This document shows, piece after piece, positions 1-10,210 of a stretch of DNA of 64,000 bases. The position numbers and the translations under genes are program-made. This DNA is from an uncultured Acidobacteriota bacterium (GTDB lineage Bacteria; Acidobacteriota; Vicinamibacteria; Fen-336). Where the stretch lies: the NCBI GenBank assembly GCA_963720545.1, contig OY970399.1, positions 1,856,001 through 1,920,000 of the forward strand. Reading direction: 5' to 3'. The stretch's first letter is position 1. Every line of letters begins with the position of its first letter. Below the pieces are notes generated by a model. It did not search any database and was not told the origin of the DNA. It saw nothing but the letters and a program-made list of their open reading frames with translations.

Positions 1-646
1 GCTGGAAGGCGCCGCCCGAGTGATAGTCGTCGCCCAGGAACTGGTCTTGCGGCGGCGCTTGCGGAGAGGAGAAGCGCAGCGCGGGATGGGCATCGATCAT
101 CCCCATCGCCGCCTCCCAGCCCGGCCACGAAACGCCGCGCTCGGAGACGCGGCCATTGTTGTTGGGGACGTTCTTGAGCAGCCACGCGACCGTGTCGTAC
201 ATGTCGGTGCTGGAGTTGGGGCGCTGCGAGCCGGCGAGGTACGGCGCGTGGTGGACGAACTCGCCCTCGGAGCGAAAGCGGCCGCGCGAATCCTGGTAAA
301 CGAAGATGAAGCCCTCGTGGCTGAACTCGACGTACGGCCCCGCCCAGGATCGGAAGGCGTCCGGGCCGTAGGGTGCGACGCCGTAAGCGGTGCGATTGAC
401 GAGGAACGGATACGACTGCGACTGGTCCTTCGGAATGTAGAGGACGGTGAAGAGCCTGATCCCGTCGCGCATCGGGATCATCACTTCGCGCTTGTCGTAG
501 TGCTCCTGTAACCGGTAGCCGCCGGGCGCCGGCACGCCCGGCTCCTGGGCCCGCGCCGTGGCCGCAGCGAACAGGCCCGCGGCGGCGATCAGGAGCGCTC
601 TGGCCGTGACGGCGGACGTCGTATCGCACCTCCTGCCGCCGGTCAC
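1..646 (-). CDS. CocE/NonD-family serine hydrolase (alpha-amino acid ester hydrolase-like), secreted; runs off the window start
   Basis: Not in ORF track; manual translation gives YDKREVMIPMRDGIRLFTVLYIP...FIFVYQDSRGRFRSEG...DMYDTVAWLLKNVPNNNGRV..GVSWPG...HPALR..SPQAP, with a signal-like N-terminus. Start codon (GTG 646) uncertain. Confidence 0.85.
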   Translation of the reverse strand, partial: MTGGRRCDTTSAVTARALLIAAAGLFAAATARAQEPGVPAPGGYRLQEHYDKREVMIPMRDGIRLFTVLYIPKDQSQSYPFLVNRTAYGVAPYGPDAFRSWAGPYVEFSHEGFIFVYQDSRGRFRSEGEFVHHAPYLAGSQRPNSSTDMYDTVAWLLKNVPNNNGRVSERGVSWPGWEAAMGMIDAHPALRFSSPQAPPQDQFLGDDYHSGGAFQ

Positions 647-649
647 CGC

Positions 650-680
650 GTTTCGCGATGCGAGACGGCGTCTCACATGC
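650..680. promoter_or_regulatory. Putative operator (imperfect GTCTCA-N5-YGAGAC palindrome plus adjacent half site)
   Basis: GTTTCG-CGATG-CGAGAC (650-666), 3 nt, then GTCTCA (670-675) in the divergent intergenic gap; same motif recurs at 10037 and 10146-10171. Confidence 0.55.
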
Positions 681-694
681 TATGTTCTGCGCCA

Positions 695-1498
695 ATGGAG
701 CGTCAATCGAAAGCTGCGTTTCGCGACGATCTCCTGGCCGGGCGCCGCGCCTTCATCACCGGCGGCGGCACCGGCATCTGCCGCGGCATTGCGCTCGCGT
801 TCGCCGCCCACGGCGCCGACGTCGCGATCGTCAGCCGCAGCGCCGAGCATCTCGAACCGACGGCGCGCGAGCTCGCAGCGCTGGGCGTGCGCGCGTTCCA
901 CCAGGCGACCGACGTGCGCGTCCCCGAATCGGTGGCGGCGGCGATCGACGGCGCGGTCGCTGCCTTCGGCGGCCTCGACATCGTCGTGAACGGCGCCGCC
1001 GGCAACTTCGTCGCGCGCGCCGAGGACCTGTCGCCGAACGGCTTCGGCACCGTCGTCGACATCGACCTCAAGGGCAGCTTCAACGTCGCGAAGGCGGCGC
1101 TCCCCCACCTGCGCAAGGCCGGCGGCGCCCTCCTCAACATCAGCGCCACGCTCCACTATCTCGGCACCGCTTCGCAGGTGCACGTCTCGGCGGCCAAGGC
1201 CGGCGTCGACTCGCTGACCCGCACGCTCGCGGTCGAATGGGGGCCCTACGGCATTCGCGTCAACGGCATCGCACCAGGTGCCATCGAAGGCACCGAGGGC
1301 GTGAAGCGCCTGCTGGCGGGTGACAAGCACGAGGCGGCGGTGCGCCGCAACCCGCTGCGCCGACTGGGCCAGCTCGACGACATTGCGCACGCCGCGCTCT
1401 ATTTGTGCTCCGACGCCGCGTCGTTCGTCACCGGCGCGACCCTGGTCGTGGACGGCGGGCAGTGGCTCGCGAACTACCGGATCAGCGGCGAGCCATGA
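695..1498 (+). CDS. SDR oxidoreductase, 2,4-dienoyl-CoA reductase-like
   Basis: ITGGGTGI, VNGAAGNF, LSPNGFGTVVDIDL, NISATL, HVSAAKAGVD, GIRVNGIAPG, VVDGG. Confidence 0.85.
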   Translation: MERQSKAAFRDDLLAGRRAFITGGGTGICRGIALAFAAHGADVAIVSRSAEHLEPTARELAALGVRAFHQATDVRVPESVAAAIDGAVAAFGGLDIVVNGAAGNFVARAEDLSPNGFGTVVDIDLKGSFNVAKAALPHLRKAGGALLNISATLHYLGTASQVHVSAAKAGVDSLTRTLAVEWGPYGIRVNGIAPGAIEGTEGVKRLLAGDKHEAAVRRNPLRRLGQLDDIAHAALYLCSDAASFVTGATLVVDGGQWLANYRISGEP

Positions 1499-2613
1499 AA
1501 TTCCGGCGCATGGCGATCGAGAAGGAATCTCCCGAGGAAGCCGGCTACGACACCATCGACTGCAACCTCTCCGAAAGCTCGGTGAGCGACGCGCTGCTGC
1601 GCGACCTCGACATCCGCATCGCCGACCTGGCCCTTCCTTATGTAGAGCACCGCGGCGACCGCCGGCTGCGCGAGGCGATCGCGGCGGCACATCCCGGCAT
1701 CGGCGCGGACGACGTGCTGGTGACGCCCGGCGCGGCGGCCGCGCTGTTCATCATCCACGCGGTGCTGCTCGAGAAGGGCGACCACCTGGTGGTGGAGCAT
1801 CCCAACTACGGCACCAACCTCGAGACGCCGCGCGCCTTCGGCTGCGAGGTCGAGACGCTGCCGCTCGCCTTCGAGTCCGGCTTCCAGCCCGACCTCGACT
1901 TCGCGCGCCGGGCAGTGGGCGCGCGCACGCGCCTGCTGAGCGTCACCAACCCGCACAACCCCACCGGGGTGCTGAAGCCGGCCGCGGCGATCACCGCGCT
2001 CATCGACATCGCCCGCGGCCGCAACACCCGGTTGCTGGTGGACGAAACCTACCGCGACGTCTCCGCGGTTGCCAAGCCGCCGCTCGCCGCGCAGCTCGAT
2101 CCGTGCGCGCTGTCGGTGTCGTCGATGTCGAAGGCGTATGGCCTGCCGGGCATCCGTATCGGCTGGATCATCAGCAAGGACCGGGCGCTCATGGAAGAAC
2201 TGCTCGCGGCCAAGGAACAAATCGTCATCTGCAACTCGGCGGTGGACGAGGAGATTGCGCTCCAGTACCTGCGCAAGGCGGACACCTTCCTGCCGCGCAT
2301 CCGTGCGTCGGTCGCGCAGAACGCAGCGCTCCTCGAGGGTTGGATGACGCGGCAGGCGGACACCATGGAGTGGGTGGCGCCGCAGGCGGCGGTCGTGGCC
2401 TTTCCGCGCTTCCGCAACTCGGTCGCGATCGACACCGAGCGGTTCTACCGCCTGCTGCGCGACGACTACCGCACCGCGGTCGGTCCTGGCCATTGGTTCG
2501 AGGTGAGCGACCACCACATGCGCCTCGGCTTCGGCTATCCCACCGCCGACCAGATGCGCCGCGGCCTCGACAACCTCGCCGCCGCCGCGCGCCGCGCCCA
2601 GACCGCGGCGTGA
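1495..2613 (+). CDS. PLP-dependent aminotransferase class I/II-fold enzyme
   Basis: NPHNPTG, VDETY, SMSKAYGLPGIRIGW; ATGA overlap with upstream stop. Confidence 0.88.
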   Translation: MKFRRMAIEKESPEEAGYDTIDCNLSESSVSDALLRDLDIRIADLALPYVEHRGDRRLREAIAAAHPGIGADDVLVTPGAAAALFIIHAVLLEKGDHLVVEHPNYGTNLETPRAFGCEVETLPLAFESGFQPDLDFARRAVGARTRLLSVTNPHNPTGVLKPAAAITALIDIARGRNTRLLVDETYRDVSAVAKPPLAAQLDPCALSVSSMSKAYGLPGIRIGWIISKDRALMEELLAAKEQIVICNSAVDEEIALQYLRKADTFLPRIRASVAQNAALLEGWMTRQADTMEWVAPQAAVVAFPRFRNSVAIDTERFYRLLRDDYRTAVGPGHWFEVSDHHMRLGFGYPTADQMRRGLDNLAAAARRAQTAA

Positions 2614-3866
2614 CGGACGATCTCGAAGTGCGCTCGGTGCTTCACGAGCGCCTGCAGAAGAGCCGCGTCAGTCAGCAGGAGTTTCTCGCAGCACTCGTGC
2701 GCCAGCCGTCCGACAACCCGCCGGGCGACTGCGCGCCGATCGCGGAACGCGCGGCTGCGCTGCTCGCAACCCTCGGCCTCGAGGTCGAAAGCCACGCGGT
2801 GCCGCAGCCGCAAGTCGCGGGCGCCGGCATGGTCTCCTGCACCAACCTGATCGTCCGCAAGCGCTTCGGTCCGGGTCCGACGATTGCCTGCAACGCGCAC
2901 GGCGACGTGGTTCCACCCGGCGGCGGCTGGTCATTCGACCCGTACGGTGCCCAGGAAGCGGCCGGCTTCCTGTACGGCCGCGGCGTGGCGGTTTCGAAGT
3001 CGGATTTCGCGACCTACACGTACGCGCTGCTGGCGCTCGCGGGCGCCGCAGCCGCGACCCATACCGAGCTGCGCGGCGCGATCGAGCTGCACTTCACGTT
3101 CGACGAGGAAACCGGCGGCACGCTCGGCCCGCAATGGCTGCTCGCGCAGGGACTGACGAAGCCCGACTACGTCCTGTCCGCCGGCTTCGCTCATGGCATC
3201 GTCACGGCGCACAACGGCTGCCTGCACCTCGAAGTGGTGCTCACGGGAAAGTCGGCGCACGCCGCGCGTCCGGAGAATGGGCACGATGCGCTCGAGGCGG
3301 CGGCGGCGGTGCTGAGCGACCTCTACGCGCATCGCCAGGCGCTGCAGGCAACCCGCTCGAAAGTCGCCGGCATCGGCGCGCCGAGCCTCGTCGTCGGCCG
3401 TATCGAAGGCGGCACGAACACCAACGTGGTTCCCGACCGGGTCGCGTTCCGCCTCGACCGCCGCATCCTTCCCGAAGAGGATCCGGCCGCCGTGGAGCAA
3501 CCGCTCACCGCGTTCATCCAGGCTTCGGCGGCACGCTGGCCGGGCATCACCGCTACCATCCGGCAGGTTCTCCTGGCCGCGCCGTTCAAGGCGCAGCCCG
3601 GCCAAAATCGCCTCGTGACTTCCCTGCAGCGCAACGCGCGGACGGTGATGGGCATCGACGTGCGCCCCCACGGCGTGCCGCTCTATACAGATGCGCGCCA
3701 CTACGCCGCAGCCGGCATTCCGACCGTCCTCTACGGCGCCGGCCCGGCCACCCTCGAGGAAGCCCGCGGCCACGCCGCCGATGAGCGCCTGGCCCTCACC
3801 GACTTGTGGTCCGCCACCGAAGTGGTGGCCCTGACCTTCCTCGACCTGCTGACCGCCACCGACTAG
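2610..3866 (+). CDS. M20 family metallo-deacylase (ArgE/DapE-like)
   Basis: NAHGDVVP, YGRG, FDEE, GKSAHAA, GGTNTNVVP, YTDAR, HAADE; GTGA overlap. C-terminal part of ORF 1320..3866. Confidence 0.88.
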   Translation: MTDDLEVRSVLHERLQKSRVSQQEFLAALVRQPSDNPPGDCAPIAERAAALLATLGLEVESHAVPQPQVAGAGMVSCTNLIVRKRFGPGPTIACNAHGDVVPPGGGWSFDPYGAQEAAGFLYGRGVAVSKSDFATYTYALLALAGAAAATHTELRGAIELHFTFDEETGGTLGPQWLLAQGLTKPDYVLSAGFAHGIVTAHNGCLHLEVVLTGKSAHAARPENGHDALEAAAAVLSDLYAHRQALQATRSKVAGIGAPSLVVGRIEGGTNTNVVPDRVAFRLDRRILPEEDPAAVEQPLTAFIQASAARWPGITATIRQVLLAAPFKAQPGQNRLVTSLQRNARTVMGIDVRPHGVPLYTDARHYAAAGIPTVLYGAGPATLEEARGHAADERLALTDLWSATEVVALTFLDLLTATD

Positions 3867-3961
3867 CGCGGCGCAGCCACCGTTTTGCCGAGGGCGTTCA
3901 TCGCTTGCGCGGCGCCCGAGGGACTCTCGTTGGAACCTACTCCGGACACAGTAGCCCCGCG

Positions 3962-6546
3962 TCAGTGATCGTGGGGCGCGTCGCGTAAGTGAGTGTGGAA
4001 AATACCCGCCTCGTGCATGCGGTTGTGGAATTCGCGGCGGATGCTGGTGAGGCGCAGCCGGAGACGCTTGTGGGTGGCGGCGTCGGCGCGCGAGGCTATC
4101 GTGTCGAGGTAGGCGATGGCGCCCTCGATCTGGTCGAGGATGGTGGCGGCGTCGGCGGCTGAGCCGTGGGCGGAACCGGCGACGTCGACCATCACCGGCG
4201 ACGAGTGCGCGGCGATGATGTGCGCGCCGCCCGGCAGCGTCGCACGCACCAGCAGCGCCAGCCAGCTGCTGCGCTCGACGCGCACGTTCCATTCGCCCTC
4301 GCTGTCGCCGTCGAGCGTGCGCTTCTCCACGATCTCGCCATTCCTCACGAGCTCCACGCTGGCGAGCTTGGTCACCACGCTGGCGGCGCGCCACGCCACC
4401 GTGAGAGTGCCTCCGGACCTCGTGAGCGCGAGGCGTTCGCCCATGGCCGTGCCTTCGACTGTGAACTCGAGGAGCGCGCCGCTCGAGGCGAACGTGCGAC
4501 CTGGCGGATCGCTTCGCGCCAGCCCGCGACCGTGAACGGTTCGCCCGCACCGAGGTTCGCGTAGGTGCGCAGTGCGCCGATGGGGGTGTCGCCCGCCATC
4601 TTGTCGGTGCCGCCGACGATCGCCGCGGCGTAGCCGCAGTTGAGGTAGCGGTACCAGTCGACGAGCGAGTACGGGTCGATCGGCATGGCCGGATTGAACG
4701 CGCACATCTCGACCCCGTCCACCAGGCCGCCGACGAGGGCGGCGGCGTTCTCGAGGCGCGGGTGCGGAAAGTGCGGCAGGACCACGATGCCGTTCTGCGC
4801 GCGCGCCTGCGCCGCGAACCCGGTCAGCGTGTTCTCCACCGGCGTACCGAGCGCCGACTCGATCGGGCCGGCGGTCGAGAGTGGCGTCACCATCGGCCCT
4901 TCATAGGTGAGCAGCGAGATGTGGCCAAGCACCCGCTGGCGGTTCTCGGTGCCGACCCACAGGTGGTAGTCGGCATCGGCGGCCGTCGCTTCGTAGCGAT
5001 GCAGGGTCTTGCCGTCGAAATCGCCGACGTTCGTTTTCAGCTCGCCCCACTGCGCCGCCAGCAGGTTCACGAGGTGCACGTCCTCGGCCGCGCCCTCGAG
5101 GAGGCCCGTGGTCGGCGAGACGAAATGCACGTGCGTATCGGACGTGTACCAGCCGCGCTCGTGCCAGCGCAGCGCCCGGCCCACCTCGACCTCGATCCGC
5201 TCGGTGCCGGGGCCGATGTCGAAGGACTGGCGCACCGGCCTGAACTCGAAGCCTTTGCTCGCCTCGACGAACACTTGCCCCCACGGCAGCTTCGCCGTGG
5301 CCTCCCCGGGAATGTAGGCGGCGAGGTGGCCGTTGTTGTAGTGGGTGGTGTCTGGCGCGTGGTCCTGGAACCAGTACGGGTTCGGCTCGCGGTTCCACGC
5401 TTCCGGCGCAAAGTACTGACCGTCGGCGCTGTGCATGTGCAGTTTCGCCGCTACGGGTCGGCGGCTCACGGCCTCGACGACGCGCACCAGCACGCGCTGC
5501 GTCGGTGCCGGCAGCGATTCGATCACCGCGTCCGCCGGCTCACCGGGCAGGTCGGCGAGGGCGAACGACTCGCCGGCGAGCTGCAGGCGCGCCTGCGGAT
5601 GCGCGGCGAACTCCACGATCGCGTGCTCGGGGTCCATCGCCGGCGGCTCGAGCGCGGTGGATTCCGCCCAGGCCGCGTCGGGATAGACCCGCGGGCGGAA
5701 CACGCGAATCACACGCCCGAGGTCGAGGTCGATCGGGTCGGCGCCCTCGGGAACGTAGTCGTTGCCGAAGCGCGTGCGCCGGTAGAGCGACAGGGGATCG
5801 ACACCCTTGCCGAGGCGGATGCGTAGCCGCCGCCGCGGCTGCCAGCGCAGCGGATGCTCCTCGACGTCGCCGACGCTCAGGCCGAAGAAGTAGAGCGTGC
5901 CGTTCACGGGCTCGGCTCGAAACCCGGTGAGCGCGGCTTGCGGCCGCGGGTTCGCAACAGCCCACAGCCAGTTGAGCCATTGCGGCGCCGGCTCGTCCCA
6001 GCTCTCGATCGTCACTTGCGTCTGCTGCGTCCCCCACTCCCAGGCGCGCGCGCTGTCGTTCTCGAGCCGGCCGAGGACCCGCGGCTTGCGGTGCGACACG
6101 CACGCGACGCCGGGATCGCCAAAGGTGCGCATCCACATCCCGACCTCGAGGCGGCGGCGGACAGGGAGGCGAACTTCGCCGCCATCCTCGTAGATGAGTA
6201 CGTAGTCGGCGGCGTGCTCCGCCAGCCGCCCGGCACCCCGCGGATGCTGCTCGATGCCGTCCGTGCCCAGGTCGCGCACCGGCACCTCGGACGCGTGCTG
6301 GAACACGAGCCAGCGGCCGCGCATCGCTTCACCGCCGAAGGTCACGTGCTGCTCGGCGATTCGCCACGGCACCTGCGGCAGCTGGAACGGTATGCCCCAC
6401 GCGACGCAATCGCCCTGCGGGGCATTGCCGAACGCACGCCGCGCCGCCGCATCCAGGCTTTGCGGGTCGAGGGCGGCTGCGCCTGTCGCCGACCACGGCG
6501 CGGCGCGAAACAGCGGCGAGGCCGGTCCGTCCACCCAGGCCGGCAT
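3962..6546 (-). CDS. CehA/McbA-family (PHP-like) metallohydrolase, interrupted by a single frameshift near 4500
   Basis: DTHVHF, ENRQRVLGH, PHFP, GGTDK; frame switches at WREAIRQ|GRTFASSG (ORFs 4372..7068 and 3962..4705); His-rich C-terminus. Confidence 0.7.
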
Positions 6547-8008
6547 CAGGCCTTGCGGTTCCAGTGCGTGAAGACCGGCAGGCCGATGGCGACGATGGCA
6601 AAGCCGGGCCAGGTGGTCGTCGGCTTGTAAATCAGCAGGACCGCGAGCAGGGTCACGGCCCCGGTGATGTAGAGCGCGGGCACCAGCGGGTAGCCGAAGG
6701 CGCGGTAGGGACGTTCGGCCTGCGGGCGCAGCCGGCGCAGCCGGAAGACGGCGGCGATCGTGAGCACGTAGAAGAACAGCTCGGCCGAGATGACGTAGTC
6801 GAGCAGGTTGCCGTAGAGGTTGCCGTAGGCGCCCGTCTCGGGGTTGACGGTGCGCGGCAGCACCAGTGCACTCGTCCATGTGCCTTGCAGCACCAGGGCG
6901 AAGCCTGGCACCCGCGCCTGGTTGAGGAACGACGCACGCTTGAAGAACAGGCCGTCGCGCGACATCGCGAACGCGGCGCGCGCGCCGGTGAGGATCAGGC
7001 CGTTGGCGCAGCCGAAGGTCGAGACCATGATCGCGACCGCCATGAGGCCGCCGCCGAGCCCCGGCCATACCGACTCGAGCGTCAGCGAGGCCACCCTGTC
7101 AGCGGGCGCCGCCTGGATCGCGGCGAGCGGCAGCGTGACGAGGTAGGCGAGGTTCGCGAGCAGGTACAAGGCGATGACGAGACCGGTGCCGACGGCGAGC
7201 GACAACGGAATGTCGCGGCGCGGGTTTTTTACCTCGCCGGCGGTGAAGGTGACGTAGTTCCATGCGTTCGCTGCGAACAGGCAGCCGATCTGCGCCAGGC
7301 ACACCGCGACGAACAGGCCGAAGGCGGTGTCGAGCGAGCCGCCGGCGGAAGCGACAGCGCCGCGCGGCGTCCACAAGTCGTTGAAGTTCGCCGCCACCGC
7401 GGCATGGTTCCAGCCGAGGAGCAGTCCGACGACGATCAGCGCCGCCAGCGCCGCGGTCTTCGCCGAGGTGAAGACGTTCTGGATCAGCCTGCCCCACGAG
7501 AGGCCGCGGGTGTTGCTCCACGTGAGCAGCGCGATTACGGCGATCGCGAGCGCCTGGGTTGTGGAGAGCGAGAGCGCATAGCCCCGCGTCAGGTGGACCG
7601 GGGCGATCAGGTACTGCGAGTCGGAGATGCGCGGGAAGAAGACGCCGGTGTAGCGCGCGAAGCCGACCGACACCGCGGCGATGCCGCCGGCCTGCATGAC
7701 GAGGAAGAACGTCCAGCCGTAGAGGAAACCCCAGAGCGGCGACCAGGCTTCGCGCAGGTACACGTACTGGCCGCCGGCCTTCGGCATCATGCCGGCGAGC
7801 TCGCCGTAAGCGAGCGACGCCGCCATCGTCAAGGCGCCGGTGATGAGCCAGGATGCCAGCAGCCAGCCGGGGCTGCCGAGGATGCGCGCGGTTTCGGCGG
7901 ACATCAGGAAGATGCCGGAGCCGATCATCGACCCGACCACCACCATCGTGGCGTCGAAGGCACCGAGCCGGCGCTTGAGTCCGCCTTCCCCGGCGCAGCC
8001 TCGCTCAA
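6546..8008 (-). CDS. APC-family amino acid permease (5' end probably frameshifted)
   Basis: LKRRLG..DATMVVVGSMIGSGIF, YGELAGMMPKAGGQYVYL, AGEVKNPRRDIP, ERPYRAFGYP; many TM segments. Confidence 0.88.
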
Positions 8009-9991
8009 TTGCCGGCCGGCTTGTCGCCGAAGAGCTTCTCGGCGAACCAGTCGATGTTGTGCGGCATTGCCGCCGGAACGCGCGCGGCTCGCCAGTACGT
8101 GGCCAAAACCCTTGTAGAGGATGAGCCGTGTGTCGACGCCGTGATCGCGATGCGCGCGTTAGAACTCGTGCGCGTTCGGCGATCGGCACCCGTCGGTCGA
8201 GGATGCGGTGCTGGATCAGCGTCGGGGTGCTGCGCCTTCTAGACGTAGGTGATCGGCGAGGCCTTGCGGAGATCTAGGTTCGTCCACGGCGTCGCCTTCA
8301 GGTAGCGGCGCGTGAACAGCTCGATGTCCGTGTTCGAGTAGTAGGTCGTCCAGTCGGTGACGCCGGCGCCAACCGACACCGCCTTGAGGCGGTCGCGTAA
8401 GCGGTGGCGAGGAACGCGGAGATGTAGCCGCCATGGCTCCAAGCCCATCGCGGCCGACCCGATCGCGCATCCGCCATGCCCTGCTGCCACCAGCGAATCG
8501 ACGCCCGACATCACATCCCACGCGTCGCCGATGCCGAGGTTGCGGATGTTGAGCTTGCGGAACTTCTCGCCGTAGCCGCTGCCGCCGCGGTAGTTCGGCT
8601 CCAGCACCAGCGCGCCGCGGTTCACGAACACGTCGATCGGATAGGGGTCGGTCGTCTGGCTGTAGGGGACGGGCCGCGGACGCCGGTCGGGCCGCCGTGG
8701 AACACCAGCAGCAGCGGATAGTGTTGCCGCCGGCGGAAGTCGGCCGGCTTGTGCAGCACGCCCTCGATGGGCGTGCCGTCCTTGCTCTTCCACGAGACGA
8801 TCTCCCGTGTCGTCTTCGGCCAGGCCGCGACCTGCGTGCCGAAATCGCTGAGCTTCGGGGGCGCCTCGCTTGCGGCGCCGACGGCAGCGGCATAGACCTC
8901 CGGAAAGCTGCGTGCGTCGGCGCCTAGGTAGGCGACGCCGCATCTGGCAATTGCTAAGGCTGTACGAGAAGCCGGGCGATCCAGCGTGCGGCAGCAGCCG
9001 TGTCGCCACGGCGGGGGCGGGATCGAGACGGTAGAGATACGCGGAGACAGTGGGCAGCGTCAGAAGTAGATGCCTTCGCGGCCCCAGCGCAGGAGGATCG
9101 GGCTCTCGTCGACCTCGTTCTTCAGTGCGGTGACGGCGCCGCCCTCCACGGACACGGTCGCGATGCGGGTGGTCGTGTAGAAGTAGGCATCCGGGTCTTC
9201 GCTGGTGGTGACGAACGCGACGCGCTTGCCGTCCGGCGAGAACACCGGCCGTTCGTCGACCCCGCGGCGCACCACCAGCGGCCGGGTCGCGCCGCCGGCC
9301 ACCGGCACCAGCGAGATGTCCGACTCGAAGTTCTGGTCGAGGCTGAGGTTCTTGCGGTGGTCGAATGCGATGAGCGTGCCATCCGGCGAAAAGGCGAAGC
9401 GCACGACGGAGAAGGCGCCTTCGGTCAGGCGCCGCGACGCGAGCGTCGCGACCTCCACGAGGTGCAGGTGCGTCTTGCGCAGGTCCTCACCGACCACCTC
9501 GAATTCGCCCGCGCGCTCGAGCCGCGCCTCGAGCGCCTGGTCCTTCGCGTCGAGCGCCGTGTACGCGATGCTGCGGCCGTCCGGCGACCATTGGTAGTCG
9601 ACGATGCCGTCGGCGGCGGTCGTCAGCACGCGCGCCTCGCCCCCGCGCAGGTCCACAACGTAAACCTGGCGCTTGCCGGTTCGGTCGGAGACGAAGGCGA
9701 CCTGCTGCGAGTCGGGCGAGAACGCCGGCTGTTCGCTCGATTTCTCGCCGCGCGTCAGCTGCCGGGCTGCCCCGCCGGCGGCGGGTGCGAGCCACACCTG
9801 GCTGCGGTACTCGTCGGCCTGGAAATCGGGCTCGCGCGCCACCCAGGCGACGAGCCGGCCGTCAGGCGACATCGCGACCCCCGCCGGACGGCGCAGTGCG
9901 GCCAGGTCGTCGACGGTGGGCGCCGCTGCGGCGGCCGCGGGCGATGCTGGCGCCAGGGCCAGCGCAGCCGCGAGCAGGACGTGCCGCTCAT
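8005..9991 (-). pseudogene. S9-family peptidase (acylaminoacyl/dipeptidyl peptidase with beta-propeller), multiply frameshifted; pseudogene or assembly error
   Basis: SPDG propeller repeats (9060-9872), PNYRGGSGYG, GWSHGGY readable after removing one base near 8441, ASPITYV, LILYKGFGH, NIDWF before stop at 8005-8007. Confidence 0.8.
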
Positions 9992-10036
9992 GGGAACCTC
10001 GAGTTTAGGCGGGCACCTGCGCCGCGGCCGCGCCTT

Positions 10037-10171
10037 GTCTCATAGTGTGAGACGAGGTCTTGGAGATTGCCATGGGCGGCCGCCACTGTCGACGCCAGGC
10101 AAGATGGTCCTTGACATCAAGGCAAACCGGGTAATACTCCTGTTTCGAGACGCCGTCTCATATGGCGAGAT
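10037..10171. promoter_or_regulatory. Divergent promoter region with two operator-like palindromes and a TTGACA -35 element
   Basis: GTCTCA-TAGTG-TGAGAC (10037-10053), TTGACA (10111-10116) followed by TAATACT, CGAGAC-gcc-GTCTCA-TATGG-CGAGAT (10146-10171). Confidence 0.65.
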
Positions 10172-10210
10172 TTGGCCCCCCTTCGAGCAAAGGACCACAG
10201 GGGTAAGAGC

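Noticed and set aside
1320..3866. Apparent large fusion ORFs (also 10759, 21036, 23012, 25329, 36913, 40846 starts)
   Set aside because: N-terminal halves are off-frame read-through of the upstream gene; true starts overlap or closely follow the upstream stops.
4495..4505. Programmed ribosomal frameshift in the metallohydrolase
   Set aside because: No slippery heptamer; a single missing G near an error-rich region is more parsimonious.
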